The notes: generated by a model from the sequence alone, not told the origin. 64,000 nucleotides of DNA from Abditibacteriaceae bacterium (GCA_965277285.1 OZ255721.1:3764132-3828131), one strand, 5' to 3'; shown: positions 1 to 12,199, counted from the first letter of the stretch. Program-made: numbers and translations.

Positions 1-1072
1 CAATGCCAGTTCCGCCTGGCATCGCGGCTGTGATAGCAACGATGCGGTCATCTTTTTCGGCGAGTTCAATTAATGTATCGGAAAAAACCTGCGTATAAGA
101 CGGCGGCGCGGGCACGTTTTGAGTACTCGATTCATCTTTGGGCAGCACTTTGAAATCGGCGGGCGACGCGGCGTGCCACTTAATTTGGCCTCCAGCAGCT
201 TCGGCTTTTTCGTAACCTTTGCCCTTCGTTGTGACGGCGTGAATGAGAACAGGGCCACCTATCGCACGCGCTGTTTTAAGCGCTTCGACCAGTTCCGGCA
301 GCGAATGGCCGTTAATCGGGCCGAGATAATGGTAGCCCAATTCTTCAAACCAAAGCCCGGGAACCACCATCGAGCGCACGCTGGCGCGCATCTTTTGTCC
401 CGCCTCGATGACAAGCTCGCCGCCCGGCAATCTCTTGAACACTTCTTCCAAACTTTGGCGCGTGTGACGATAAACCGGATCGGTGCGCACGCGACGAAGA
501 TAACGCGCCAGACTGGAATAATTGTGCGAAATTCCCATCTCGTTATCGTTCAGCAAAACGATCAAATCGCTGCCCAGATGTCCAGCCTGATGCAAGCCCT
601 CCAACGCTAAACCGCCGACGAGCGAACCATCGCCAATGACGGCGACAACAGTTTCATCGGTGCCTTTCTTGCCGCGCAGGTCGCGCGCGACAGCGTAACC
701 GAGAGCAGCAGAAATCGAAGTCGAGCCGTGGCCAGGATTGGTCGTATCGTGCTCGCTTTCCTCGACGCGCGGAAAGGGCGCGATGCCTTTGTGCTGGCGC
801 AAGGTGGGAAATTGGTCGCGGCGTCCGGTCAGGATTTTGTGCGCATACGCTTGATAACCGACATCCCAGACGATTTTGTCTTTGGGCGAATCGAGCACAT
901 AGTGCAGCGCGACGCACAGTTCGACGGCGCCCAGAGGCCCACCAAAATGTCCGCCGTTTTCCGAAATGGTATGAATAATGTGGCGGCGCAGCTCGGCGGA
1001 AACGTCGGGAAGTTGGCTCATGTTGAGGCGCTTCAAATCCGTCGGGCTGTTGATATGTTCCAAAAGTGCCAT
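1..1072 (-). CDS. dxs: 1-deoxy-D-xylulose-5-phosphate synthase, 5' part (runs off window)
   Basis: Manual translation from ATG 1072: MALLEHINSPTDLKRL...SENGGHFGGPLGAVEL; IVAITAAMPGGTG at window edge; GGAG upstream; follows ispA. Confidence 0.93.
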   Translation of the reverse strand, partial: MALLEHINSPTDLKRLNMSQLPDVSAELRRHIIHTISENGGHFGGPLGAVELCVALHYVLDSPKDKIVWDVGYQAYAHKILTGRRDQFPTLRQHKGIAPFPRVEESEHDTTNPGHGSTSISAALGYAVARDLRGKKGTDETVVAVIGDGSLVGGLALEGLHQAGHLGSDLIVLLNDNEMGISHNYSSLARYLRRVRTDPVYRHTRQSLEEVFKRLPGGELVIEAGQKMRASVRSMVVPGLWFEELGYHYLGPINGHSLPELVEALKTARAIGGPVLIHAVTTKGKGYEKAEAAGGQIKWHAASPADFKVLPKDESSTQNVPAPPSYTQVFSDTLIELAEKDDRIVAITAAMPGGTGI

Positions 1073-1164
1073 TGTTGCTCCAAGGGTAAAACCGCTGCAT
1101 CGAGTACTCGAAATCAAGTTTCGTGGTGCCGCATGAATGCTTTCGTTTGTCGAAAGATGAATAA

Positions 1165-1229
1165 CGAACCCGAAGCGTGAGCGAGGGAGATAGATTTGAA
1201 TAATCTCCCTCGCTCACGCTTCGGGTTCG
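1165..1229. repeat. REP-like long inverted repeat, family A (CGAACCCGAAGCGT...)
   Basis: 27-bp arms CGAACCCGAAGCGTGAGCGAGGGAGAT / ATCTCCCTCGCTCACGCTTCGGGTTCG between ispA and dxs. Confidence 0.85.
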
Positions 1230-1246
1230 CCGGCTTAAACGGATTG

Positions 1247-2149
1247 CTACTTTTTTCTTTCCACCACAAAGTGCGCTAACTGACGCAGCGCGTCGGCTTC
1301 CGTGCCGAAAATCGTTAAAGCATCCAATGCGGCGTTCGAGGATTCGCGCGCCATTCGCTGTGCGCGTTCCAAACCGAAAATGCCGGTCGCGGTAATTTTT
1401 CCATTCGCGCTGTCAGACGAGGCTTTGCCAGTTTGATTCGGATCGCCAGTCACGTCCAAAACATCGTCCGCGATTTGAAAAGCGCGCCCCAGATGCGCAC
1501 CGTAACTTCTTAAAGCCGCGATTTGTAACACGCTTCCGCCGCCGACTGTGGCACCAATTTCCGATGAAGCACGAATCAAGGCGCCCGTTTTCAAAGCGTG
1601 CATTTGCAGCAATTCTTCGCCGCTGACGCTTTCGACTTGCGCGTTCGACCACGCGATGTCGGTCGCTTGGCCGCCGACCATTCCGGCTTCACCTGATGCG
1701 TGCGCCAAAAGTCGAATCACGTCGCGGATGTTGACCGCAGGCCAATCGCCGTTGGAGAGAGTTTCAAAAGCGAGAGTTAAAAGCGCGTCGCCTGCTAAAA
1801 TCGCGGTCGCTTCGCCGAATTGTTTGTGACAACTTGGTCGTCCGCGCCGCGTATCGGCGTTGTCCATCGCGGGCAAATCGTCGTGAACCAGGGAATAGGC
1901 GTGAATCATTTCCAGCGCGCACGCGGCGGGAAGTGCGTTGGAACTTTCGTAGTTTGCACCGCCAACAACATGGGCGCATTCGACGACAAGATGCGCACGC
2001 AAACGCTTGCCATTGCCCAGAACAGCGTAACGCATGGCACGACGCAACCCGTTGCGACCTTCATCGAGAGTGGAATCTTCGCGTTCGAGTACTCGATCCA
2101 GCGCGGCTTCGATGAACGACGGCTGACAACACCAGCGAATCTCATTCAT
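1247..2149 (-). CDS. ispA: Polyprenyl (farnesyl/geranylgeranyl) diphosphate synthase
   Basis: GKRLR, HAYSLVHDDLPAMD, RRG, FQIADDVLD; xseB-ispA-dxs order; ATG overlaps xseB stop. Confidence 0.92.
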   Translation of the reverse strand: MNEIRWCCQPSFIEAALDRVLEREDSTLDEGRNGLRRAMRYAVLGNGKRLRAHLVVECAHVVGGANYESSNALPAACALEMIHAYSLVHDDLPAMDNADTRRGRPSCHKQFGEATAILAGDALLTLAFETLSNGDWPAVNIRDVIRLLAHASGEAGMVGGQATDIAWSNAQVESVSGEELLQMHALKTGALIRASSEIGATVGGGSVLQIAALRSYGAHLGRAFQIADDVLDVTGDPNQTGKASSDSANGKITATGIFGLERAQRMARESSNAALDALTIFGTEADALRQLAHFVVERKK

Positions 2150-2468
2150 CGCCGCTTTCCTCGTCCGCATTTTCTTCGTCTTCGTCATCGTTCCAATTCA
2201 AACGCGCGGCAACCAATTCGCCGTCTTCAGTGGCGACCAATTGTTCCAACGTCGCTTCGGCGCGCGACAACGTTTCGTCGCACAAATTGGCGAGCGCAAC
2301 GCCGCGCTGCAACAATTGCAACGATTCTTCAAGCGAAATGCGCCCCGCTTCGAGTTGCTCAACAACGCCGTCCAACTCGCGCAAGGCGTCTTCAAACGAT
2401 AAATCGGACACTTCAGGATTTTGTGGCGCGACGTGATTTGCTTTCATCTTCAATTGCATAAACGACAT
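2142..2468 (-). CDS. xseB: Exodeoxyribonuclease VII small subunit
   Basis: SFEDALRELDGVVEQLE...SLEESL; downstream of xseA; start uncertain. Confidence 0.9.
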   Translation of the reverse strand: MSFMQLKMKANHVAPQNPEVSDLSFEDALRELDGVVEQLEAGRISLEESLQLLQRGVALANLCDETLSRAEATLEQLVATEDGELVAARLNWNDDEDEENADEESGDE

Positions 2469-2473
2469 TTTCT

Positions 2474-2560
2474 TAACGAACCCGAAGCGTAAGCGACGGG
2501 CTTCATGGTAGTTTCATGTAACTGCTACTCAAGCCCGTCGCTTACGCTTCGGGTTCGTTA
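2474..2560. repeat. REP-like long inverted repeat, family A, overlapping xseA 3' end
   Basis: 30-bp arms TAACGAACCCGAAGCGTAAGCGACGGGCTT / AAGCCCGTCGCTTACGCTTCGGGTTCGTTA. Confidence 0.85.
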
Positions 2561-3783
2561 GTCAACTTTTCTCCCAACCGCGCGCTTAACTTTCCGTCGC
2601 GCAGAGTAATCGTTACATCGCGTTCTTCGATTTGCGCGACGCTTGAAACCAAACGTCCGCTTTGCGTTTGGGAAACCAGCGCGTAGCCACGTTCGAGTAC
2701 TCGTTTCGGGTCAAGCGCCGAAAGCTGAGCGCGCCGCGTTTGCACAATTTGCGCTTCTATTTTAACACGTTGCCGGACGATTTCGCGTGATTTTCGGCGT
2801 TGCGAAAGAACGCGCTCGCGCAACGGCTGCAATCTTTCGCGCGGATGCGTCAAGACGCGGCGCGAACGTAAACTGTCCAAACGGTGACGCGCCAGTTGAA
2901 CGTCACCGCTAACGGCGTTCGCCATGCGTTCGCGCAACGATTGAACGCCCGCGCGCACTTCGCGTTGATTGGGCACGACCAATTCGGCGGCGGCGCTCGG
3001 CGTTGGAGCGCGCAAATCGGCGACGAAATCCAAAATCGTGAAATCGGTTTCATGTCCGACAGCCGAAACCAAAGGTTTGGGGAAGTTGGCCGCTGTGCGC
3101 GCCAGAGTCTCGTCGTTGAACGCCCACAAATCTTCGGCTGAACCGCCGCCGCGCCCGATAATCACGACATCCAAGTCCTCGACCGAAGCCGCCCAATTCA
3201 AGGCGCGCACCAGGTCATCCGCGGCACCAAAACCTTGCACCGCGCTGGGAATAAACAGAACGTGCGCCAGCGGCCAGCGACGACGCAAAATCGTCAACAT
3301 ATCTTGAATGACGGCGCCGCTGGGAGACGTAATCAGGCCGATGCGCTTAGGCAAAACCGGCAAAGGCCGCTTGCGCGATTCATCGAAAAGCCCGTCGGCT
3401 GCGAGTTCGGTTTTCAGTTTCTCGAAGGCTTCGTAAAGCGCGCCTTGTCCGGCGAAGCGCAAGGTTTCGACGATAAACGAGACTTCGCCGCGCGGCGTGT
3501 AGAACTCGATGTGGCCTGTGGCAATCACGCGGTCGCCGTCTTTGGGGCGAAAGCTCAAGTTCGCCACGCTTTTGCGCCAGATGACGCCGCGAACCTGCGC
3601 CGCATCGTCTTTCAAAGTGAAATAACAATGACCGGAACCGTAGCTTTTGAAACCGGAAATCTCGCCTTCGACCGCGATGTCGGACAAAATCGCATCGCTT
3701 TCGAGCACGCGTTTGATCTGCCACGACAATTCGCCAACAGTCAGCGCGCCGTTGTCATCGTCTTGTGTAAAAAGGGAAAGCAC
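2542..3783 (-). CDS. xseA: Exodeoxyribonuclease VII large subunit
   Basis: VEGEISG, GHCYFTLKD, GRGGGSAEDLWAFN, SAVGHETD, PTPSAAAE. Confidence 0.96.
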   Translation of the reverse strand: MLSLFTQDDDNGALTVGELSWQIKRVLESDAILSDIAVEGEISGFKSYGSGHCYFTLKDDAAQVRGVIWRKSVANLSFRPKDGDRVIATGHIEFYTPRGEVSFIVETLRFAGQGALYEAFEKLKTELAADGLFDESRKRPLPVLPKRIGLITSPSGAVIQDMLTILRRRWPLAHVLFIPSAVQGFGAADDLVRALNWAASVEDLDVVIIGRGGGSAEDLWAFNDETLARTAANFPKPLVSAVGHETDFTILDFVADLRAPTPSAAAELVVPNQREVRAGVQSLRERMANAVSGDVQLARHRLDSLRSRRVLTHPRERLQPLRERVLSQRRKSREIVRQRVKIEAQIVQTRRAQLSALDPKRVLERGYALVSQTQSGRLVSSVAQIEERDVTITLRDGKLSARLGEKLTNEPEA

Positions 3784-3935
3784 GACAAGAAGTTAAACCG
3801 CGATGAAGCGAAACGGCAACTGCGATGAGGACTTGAGTACTCGAAATGCCAAAACACCCGATTTTCTGTTTCGAGTGTTTTGCTTTGTCATCATCAATCG
3901 TTGACTGACTTCACATCAGTCGCCGCTTTGACTTT

Positions 3936-4716
3936 TTACGGAACCTCACTTAGCTTCGTCGAAATATGTTGCATGAATATCCGAACAGAGTGCAGAATAT
4001 CCGTTGTTACGTCTTGTTCGTAACTATACTACCGCGTGCATCGTATTATTTCTCCACAGCTTCTTGATTTGCTGCAATTCGCGGGTAGCCAATCGAAGAG
4101 AATGTTCGTCGTTGTTCCAATTCGATGCTTGCAACTTTGTCTTATCTTTTAATACGTTATCGCAGGCTTCCAAATAACCGCCCCAATCACGAGGCTCAGA
4201 GGCACTTGTATTAAGTGAGTTCCATAGGGCTTTGAGAGCAACTTCGAGCGTACGCATCAAGTGAAAAACACAGGCTGTGTAGCGCCCCATCGCGTAGCAG
4301 TTGCCAGCTTCTTGAACGTCAAAACACGCAGACGGAAACTTGTCGTACACCTCATCGCCAAATAGCTTTTCTCGTTCATAGTATGCAGCTTTTTCTGTTG
4401 GCATGAACAAGAAACGGCGCTGCTGAAGCTCTGCACTGGTAGCTTCATCAAACCAACGAATATCCTCTTCTATGTCCCTAAGAGTTCCATTTTCTAAATC
4501 TCCCAGCATCTTTGTCAAGACTATGACTGCTGTTGTTAATTCTGCTTCTTTGCACAAAGTCAACAAGGAAGGGAGGAGCCTCTTTAATGCCAACCTATCG
4601 TCTGGAAGTAATTTGGCATTGGCACCTCTTGCGTTTATAGTTTCGCCAATCACGTCTTTTGACAATTGGAGAACACGGTTGATGACTACGAAATTACGCA
4701 CATTGTATTCAATCAT
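3936..4716 (-). pseudogene. Low-GC HEPN-like protein, apparently frameshifted near the C-terminus
   Basis: ORF 4024-4716 has ACVFHLMRTLE and RNNTMH (RxxxxH); shifted frame continues SYEQDVTTDILHSVRIFMQHISTKLSEVP to TAA at 3936. Confidence 0.55.
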
Positions 4717-4814
4717 GTTTCACAAGCTCGCTATTTGAAATGGTTCGGGATTCCATGCATCCGAACTAACATAGTTTGTCTTTTTCCAAGCAAAGCCTCA
4801 AGTACTCGATTGGC

Positions 4815-4843
4815 TTGACAAACCTCGCAAAACCCGTCATAAT
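4815..4843 (+). promoter_or_regulatory. sigma70-like promoter upstream of fusA
   Basis: TTGACA-17 nt-CATAAT. Confidence 0.6.
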
Positions 4844-5151
4844 TTGCACGTTTGAACGCAAATTAAGATCGAAAAGAAACCAGACCGCAAGCGAAAACGG
4901 CAATGAAGAACGACGACGAAGACGATGAAGGCGAAGGATTGAACGGTTGATGGAACTCGCATGAGTCCACCTGACCTGTTCACCTTTTCTCGCATCTAAT
5001 TCTCGTCGCACTTCGTTTCCGCTTTTCGCTTGCGGTTTTTTGTGTCTTTTTCACTCGGCGTTGCATCCAAACACCAACTTGAACGTCAAGGTAAGACGTT
5101 CATCTCAACGTTCACAATCCCCATTCGTGGGTCATTTCTGGAGACAAAATC

Positions 5152-7296
<2,145 letters not shown>

Positions 7297-7320
7297 GCCT
7301 TTGAACGTGTTGTAGTAAAG

Positions 7321-7354
7321 CAGCGGCGCTATCGAGTACTCGATAGCGCCGCTG
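7321..7354 (+). terminator. Perfect 34-bp palindrome centred on TCGAGTACTCGA; likely terminator between convergent genes
   Basis: CAGCGGCGCTATCGAGTACTCGATAGCGCCGCTG, 24 nt after fusA stop, followed by T-rich tail. Confidence 0.75.
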
Positions 7355-7406
7355 TTCTGGTTTGTGTCAAGGGATTTCGGCACTTTTACGAACCGTGAAC
7401 TCAATT

Positions 7407-7961
7407 TTAGTCATGCCTGTATGTAAGAATTACGACGCCTGAACTGAATATCTTCGTGTCAATCAACTTCAAAGGGAAGGTTTCGCTCGACTCCTTGAAG
7501 AGTTTCTTTCCGCTGCCGAAAATAATTGGATGTACCCAAATTCGATATTCATCAATCAGTTCACGTTGCATCAAAAAGTTAACAAGCTCGCTGCTGCCAT
7601 AAATTAAAATATCTTGACCGGTCTGTTCTTTCAGCTTGAAAACTTCTTCCTCAATATTGTCTTGGATTAGGTTTGCGTTCCAATATAACTTCTTCAAAGT
7701 TGTCGAAACAACATATTTAGGCAAGCTATTCATTCGGTTTGCAAAACCTTCTTCATGCGTCATTGGAGGCCAAGCCGCTCCCAGAAGAAGATCATCAACA
7801 AAGCCTTCGTACGTAACACGTCCCAGAAGAAGAGCATCGCTGGTAAAAAGTTGGTCGTTAGCGTACTTCACCATTTCGTCGTTCCAGAATGGCGTTGTCC
7901 AGAAAGGCGCTTCCATTACACCATCCAGCGTCACGTAAATTGATGCAATTATCTTTCTCAT
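7407..7961 (-). CDS. Dihydrofolate reductase / RibD C-terminal family protein (low GC)
   Basis: MRKII..VTLDGV, LLLGRVTY, PKYVVS, LIDEY..VHPIIFGSGK. Confidence 0.88.
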   Translation of the reverse strand: MRKIIASIYVTLDGVMEAPFWTTPFWNDEMVKYANDQLFTSDALLLGRVTYEGFVDDLLLGAAWPPMTHEEGFANRMNSLPKYVVSTTLKKLYWNANLIQDNIEEEVFKLKEQTGQDILIYGSSELVNFLMQRELIDEYRIWVHPIIFGSGKKLFKESSETFPLKLIDTKIFSSGVVILTYRHD

Positions 7962-8006
7962 TTGTTCCTTCCGCTTGAGACGATTTGCGGCACTTCACTA
8001 TTGCTA

Positions 8007-8456
8007 TCAAGTGTCGTATTCGCCGCTGTCCCAAGGCTCATAAAAAGCTATGTAGTCGCCAGGCTCGGCTGTAATCCACCAATCTTCAGAGTCTTCGTCA
8101 GGTGGATATGGAACTAAGCCGAAAATTATGCCATCGTGTTCGATTTGGAACGGCTGAACTTCTATTCTCTGATATTCAACAGGGCCAATTTCTTCGATGC
8201 GCCGCGCGCAGATTTGTTCCGCGGCCTTGTAGGTCGATTCGCTACGCGTCCCTAAAGCATCAATCTTTGCTTCCAAAAAACTACCTTCCAGATTGAAAAG
8301 GTAAAGCGCAACGTAATCTTGCCCTATTTTACCGTCGATTGCTGGAACAAATGGCGTAGTAACGAAAAACTGTTTTCCATCGAAAGTGCGTCCGACATGA
8401 GTCGCATGGTGGTTGTCGTGATTTATGGCGATAAGTGTTGGCGATTCGTTATTCAT
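8007..8456 (-). CDS. Hypothetical protein (low GC)
   Basis: ORF from MNNESPT to acidic EPGDYIAFYEPWDSGEYDT; start chosen. Confidence 0.65.
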   Translation of the reverse strand: MNNESPTLIAINHDNHHATHVGRTFDGKQFFVTTPFVPAIDGKIGQDYVALYLFNLEGSFLEAKIDALGTRSESTYKAAEQICARRIEEIGPVEYQRIEVQPFQIEHDGIIFGLVPYPPDEDSEDWWITAEPGDYIAFYEPWDSGEYDT

Positions 8457-8538
8457 AAGTTCCTCTACAACTTTACCAACGCTGCGATAGTATACGCGCC
8501 TGCGAAACCTGCGCTTTGAACTGCGAGTGGAACTTGCG

Positions 8539-10053
8539 TTATGGCGTGGTTCGAGTACTCGATTGTGGCTTGGTTTTGGTAGTCTCTTTGTTGCGGATGT
8601 AGAGCCAGACATATTGGAGGCGCGTTTCCGAACGGAGCTTAAGGAGATGATAGCCACGAATGTGAGAGCGCGAAACAATGGCGGCGAAACGGCGTTGTTG
8701 CAGCGCGCGTTCCAGCAGCGCGTGCAGAGGCGAACGAGTGTCGTATTGCACGGGATCGTTGAAAAACGGCGTGCGATGGGCAGCGTAAATCAAGTCGACA
8801 AACAAGCCGAAACATGGGTCGCGTGGCGCGCTATTTTGCTCAATAGCCGCAACGATGCGTCGTAAATAAGGCAATGAAGCCCAGCGGAATTGTTCGCCCT
8901 GCCACATTCTCAGTGTCGGCAAGGTTGCGCAAAGCGTAAGAGTAGCAAGACAAAAACCATAACGCAGGCGCCAGACGCGTTTCGCTTCATCCGCCAGGCG
9001 CGGCCACGAAGCCGCCGCCACAATCGACAAATATGCTGACGCTTCCAGCCAATAATTCAAATCGGCACCAGCGCGCGATACTGTGACGAACGCCACCAAA
9101 AATGCCGCCATTGCCGACCATCGCAACGTTGCCAGGATGTTTTTTGCTCGTGTCGAACGCAATGGCACGCTCGCCGATGCGCGCCGCTCTTTGTACCAGG
9201 CGACGGCCACGAGCAACACAGCGAGGATTGTCGCGGGTGAACCGCTCAGCAAAAGCGCGAGTTGCCCTTTTGCATTGTCGAAACTCTTAGGCGCGGTATT
9301 CGCCATTGTCCATTGTTGCCACCAAAAGCCGCCATCTGAAGTGAAGTTCAACGCCCAAACGATTCCCGCAAACAAACCGATGGTGCCCAGCAAAAAGAAG
9401 CGTAATTCGTGTTGCGCTTTGAACTGGTGACAAAGCCACAAGATCGTGAAGAAAGAGAGCAACGTCGTTAAACGCGTCAAAACGGCGCCAACTGTCAAAA
9501 CAGCGCAAATCGTTATGCCGCATAAACGCCATTTTTGCGTCACGTGCGCGTCATCGAGTACTCGAACTGCGATACAAATGGCGCTCAGGCCAAACGCCAA
9601 AGCCAGAAAGTCGGGACGCTGAACTCCGACCCAGTAAAGAACAGGCAATTGTGACCAAAAGAAGGCGACAGATAAGAGCGCGAATCGTTTACGTCGCGTC
9701 AAAGCGTGCGTCAGCCAGGCGATGCAAACCGCGCAAATGAGTAAAGCGACAAGCGCAATAGCGCGCCCCGATTGAAATTGCAGCCCGAATATGCGCAGTC
9801 CCGCGCCGAACAGTAAATAACTAATGGGGCCATAAGGCGACATCGTGTAAGGCGGGTTTTCAATTAGGTGAAAAGAATACGGGTTGGTGCCATGCGCTAT
9901 CAAGAGCGATGGCGCCCACATTCCACCTTCGTAACATCCTGCATCAAAGGGAAAAAGCCAGCGCGAAATTCCCAAACTCAACGCCGAAAGCAGCGATAAA
10001 GCCGTGACCAGGCTCGTCAAACGCGCCGCTTTGGAAGAAGATCGAAATATCAC
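8539..10053 (-). CDS. Polytopic membrane protein, possibly GT-C type glycosyltransferase
   Basis: Many hydrophobic segments; YEG, PYGP and RPD motifs. Confidence 0.6.
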   Translation of the reverse strand: MIFRSSSKAARLTSLVTALSLLSALSLGISRWLFPFDAGCYEGGMWAPSLLIAHGTNPYSFHLIENPPYTMSPYGPISYLLFGAGLRIFGLQFQSGRAIALVALLICAVCIAWLTHALTRRKRFALLSVAFFWSQLPVLYWVGVQRPDFLALAFGLSAICIAVRVLDDAHVTQKWRLCGITICAVLTVGAVLTRLTTLLSFFTILWLCHQFKAQHELRFFLLGTIGLFAGIVWALNFTSDGGFWWQQWTMANTAPKSFDNAKGQLALLLSGSPATILAVLLVAVAWYKERRASASVPLRSTRAKNILATLRWSAMAAFLVAFVTVSRAGADLNYWLEASAYLSIVAAASWPRLADEAKRVWRLRYGFCLATLTLCATLPTLRMWQGEQFRWASLPYLRRIVAAIEQNSAPRDPCFGLFVDLIYAAHRTPFFNDPVQYDTRSPLHALLERALQQRRFAAIVSRSHIRGYHLLKLRSETRLQYVWLYIRNKETTKTKPQSSTRTTP

Positions 10054-10068
10054 GAGGAAAATTTGTAC

Positions 10069-10698
10069 TCAATCATCGCTGTTGGTGAGTGCTTGCAGCA
10101 AATTTACCATCGCCGCCACTGCGCGTGCGCGATGCGAAACCTGCGCTTTAACTTCGGGTGGCACTTGCGCCATCGTGCGATTCAAGTACTCGATTGGTGC
10201 TTGTGTGGCTTCCGTAATCTCGAAAATTGGATCGTAGCCGAAACCGTTTTCGCCGCGCGGCTGGAGAGCGATGCGACCTTCGCAAGTCGCTTCAGTTTCG
10301 AGAACGCGACCATCAGGAAAAGCGACACAAATTGCGCAACGATAGCGCGCGGTGCGGTCTTCGCTTCGAGTACTCGATTGGTCGGTGCGAGCGAGCAGGG
10401 CGCGCGTTCGGTCTTCGTCGCTGCCTTCAATCCAGCGCGCACTGCGCACGCCAGGTTCGCCATTTAACACATCGACTTCGATTCCCGAATCGTCCGCCAA
10501 CGCCGTCATTCCAGTTTGGAGCGCGCAACTTTCAGCTTTAATGCGTGCGTTTTCTCGCATCGTCAATCCGGTTTCTTCCGGCATTTCGACAGTGGGAAAA
10601 TCACGCAACGACGTGATTTCGAGGTTGGGAACATCGCGCAGCATTGCGGAGATTTCTTCGATTTTGTGCGCGTTGCCGGTGGCGAGAAGAAGAATCAT
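10069..10698 (-). CDS. rdgB: Non-canonical purine NTP pyrophosphatase (HAM1)
   Basis: ATGNAHKIEE, ADDSG, PGVRSAR, GFGYDPIF, SHR. Confidence 0.95.
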   Translation of the reverse strand: MILLLATGNAHKIEEISAMLRDVPNLEITSLRDFPTVEMPEETGLTMRENARIKAESCALQTGMTALADDSGIEVDVLNGEPGVRSARWIEGSDEDRTRALLARTDQSSTRSEDRTARYRCAICVAFPDGRVLETEATCEGRIALQPRGENGFGYDPIFEITEATQAPIEYLNRTMAQVPPEVKAQVSHRARAVAAMVNLLQALTNSDD

Positions 10699-10723
10699 GG
10701 TTCGAGTACTCGATTGAAGGAAT

Positions 10724-10797
10724 GGCCACAAAAAGCACGAAAGACACAAAAACCGCCAATAAACGTCTTCGCTAAACCTTTGTGCTTCTTTGTGGCT
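10724..10797. repeat. Imperfect inverted repeat between hisS and rdgB
   Basis: GCCACAAAAAGCACGAAAG ... CTTTGTGCTTCTTTGTGGC. Confidence 0.5.
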
Positions 10798-10802
10798 ATT
10801 TC

Positions 10803-12104
10803 TTATGAAAAGCTCTTTAATCGCGTGATGGCTTCATTCAGCGGCAAGGTTTCCTGAGCACTCGAACTCATGTCTTTGAGCGCGATTGTTCCCGCTGCAA
10901 TTTCGTCATCGCCCAAAAGCAACGTAAAGCGCGCGTTCTGGCGATTGGCTTCGCGCATTTGCGCCCGCATGCTGCGCCCGACGAAATCGCAGTCGCACGA
11001 AATGCCCGACGCGCGCAATTGATGCAAAATCTGCACACCCCGTTCGCGCGCCGCATCGCCCAACGCCACCAAAAAAGCGGTTGGCGGAACGGCTTGCGCT
11101 TCTTCGATTTGCGAGGCTTCGCGCACCAATAAAAGACGTTCGATGCCGCTGCCAAAGCCGATGCCAGGCGTTGCAGTTCCGCCCAATTCTTCGACTAAAC
11201 CATCGTAGCGACCGCCACCCAAAACCGTGCTTTGCGCGCCCAGTTTGTCGGAGACGAATTCAAAAGCGGTGCGCGTGTAATAATCGAAGCCGCGCACCAA
11301 AGCATGATCGACTTCGTAGGCGATTCCCAACGCGTCCAAATGCGAACACAAGCGCGTGAAATGAGTACTCGATTCCTCGTCGTTTTCTCGAATGTGATCC
11401 AGCAATCGCGGCGCGTCCGCAATCCGTGCACGATCTCGTTCGTCTTTAGAATCGAAGATGCGCAAAGGGTTCAAATCCAAACGCTTCTGTGAATCTTCGC
11501 TGAGATTATTTCGCTGCGGCTCCAGATGTTCGCGCAGTTTCTGGATGTAAGCGGCGCGACTTTGCGGCGTTCCCAGTGTGTTCAAATGCAGAACCGTTTC
11601 GATTCCCAAAGCCTGCAAAAAGTCATTGGCAAGCGCCAGCACTTCGGCATCCGATTCGGGAGAAGCAGCGCCCAAAAGTTCGATTCCACATTGGTGATGC
11701 TGGCGATAACGACCGGCTTGTGGCGCTTCGTAACGGAAAATCGGCACGATGTAAAACAGCTTCGTGACTGGCCCGTTCTGGTTCAAGTGATGTTCGAGAT
11801 AAGCGCGCACAACGGGCGCGGTTCCCTCGGCGCGTAAGGTGTAACTTTGCTCGTCGGGCGCGACGAACGAATACATTTGCTTGGTGACCAGAACATCGCT
11901 CGATTCTCCGGCTGTGCGCGCAAAGAGTTCGGTGTGTTCAAAAAGCGGCGTGCGGATTTCGCCGTAGCCGTAGCGCGCGCAAATGGCGCGAAAGGTTTCT
12001 TCGACCAGTCGCCAGCGCGAAATATCCTGTGGCAAAATGTCATGCGTGCCGCGCGGCGCCTGGAAACTGCGTTTCGTGGTTTTTTCAGTGTTATCAGGAT
12101 TCAT
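10803..12104 (-). CDS. hisS: Histidine--tRNA ligase
   Basis: PRGTHD, LRAEGTA, FRYEAPQAGRYRQ, LVRGFDYY, GGGRYD, GIERL. Confidence 0.97.
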   Translation of the reverse strand: MNPDNTEKTTKRSFQAPRGTHDILPQDISRWRLVEETFRAICARYGYGEIRTPLFEHTELFARTAGESSDVLVTKQMYSFVAPDEQSYTLRAEGTAPVVRAYLEHHLNQNGPVTKLFYIVPIFRYEAPQAGRYRQHHQCGIELLGAASPESDAEVLALANDFLQALGIETVLHLNTLGTPQSRAAYIQKLREHLEPQRNNLSEDSQKRLDLNPLRIFDSKDERDRARIADAPRLLDHIRENDEESSTHFTRLCSHLDALGIAYEVDHALVRGFDYYTRTAFEFVSDKLGAQSTVLGGGRYDGLVEELGGTATPGIGFGSGIERLLLVREASQIEEAQAVPPTAFLVALGDAARERGVQILHQLRASGISCDCDFVGRSMRAQMREANRQNARFTLLLGDDEIAAGTIALKDMSSSAQETLPLNEAITRLKSFS

Positions 12105-12199
12105 AAGCGCGCGCAGTTTAGCAATTTTGCGACAACGGGCGCGGTATAAACGTGATTTCGAGTACTCGAATCCCACTTTCACGGGCGTGCTGACGAGAA

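Noticed and set aside
119..1217. Listed ORFs 119-610, 654-1217 and 728-1180
   Set aside because: They overlap the real dxs frame, which the ORF track missed because it runs off the window.
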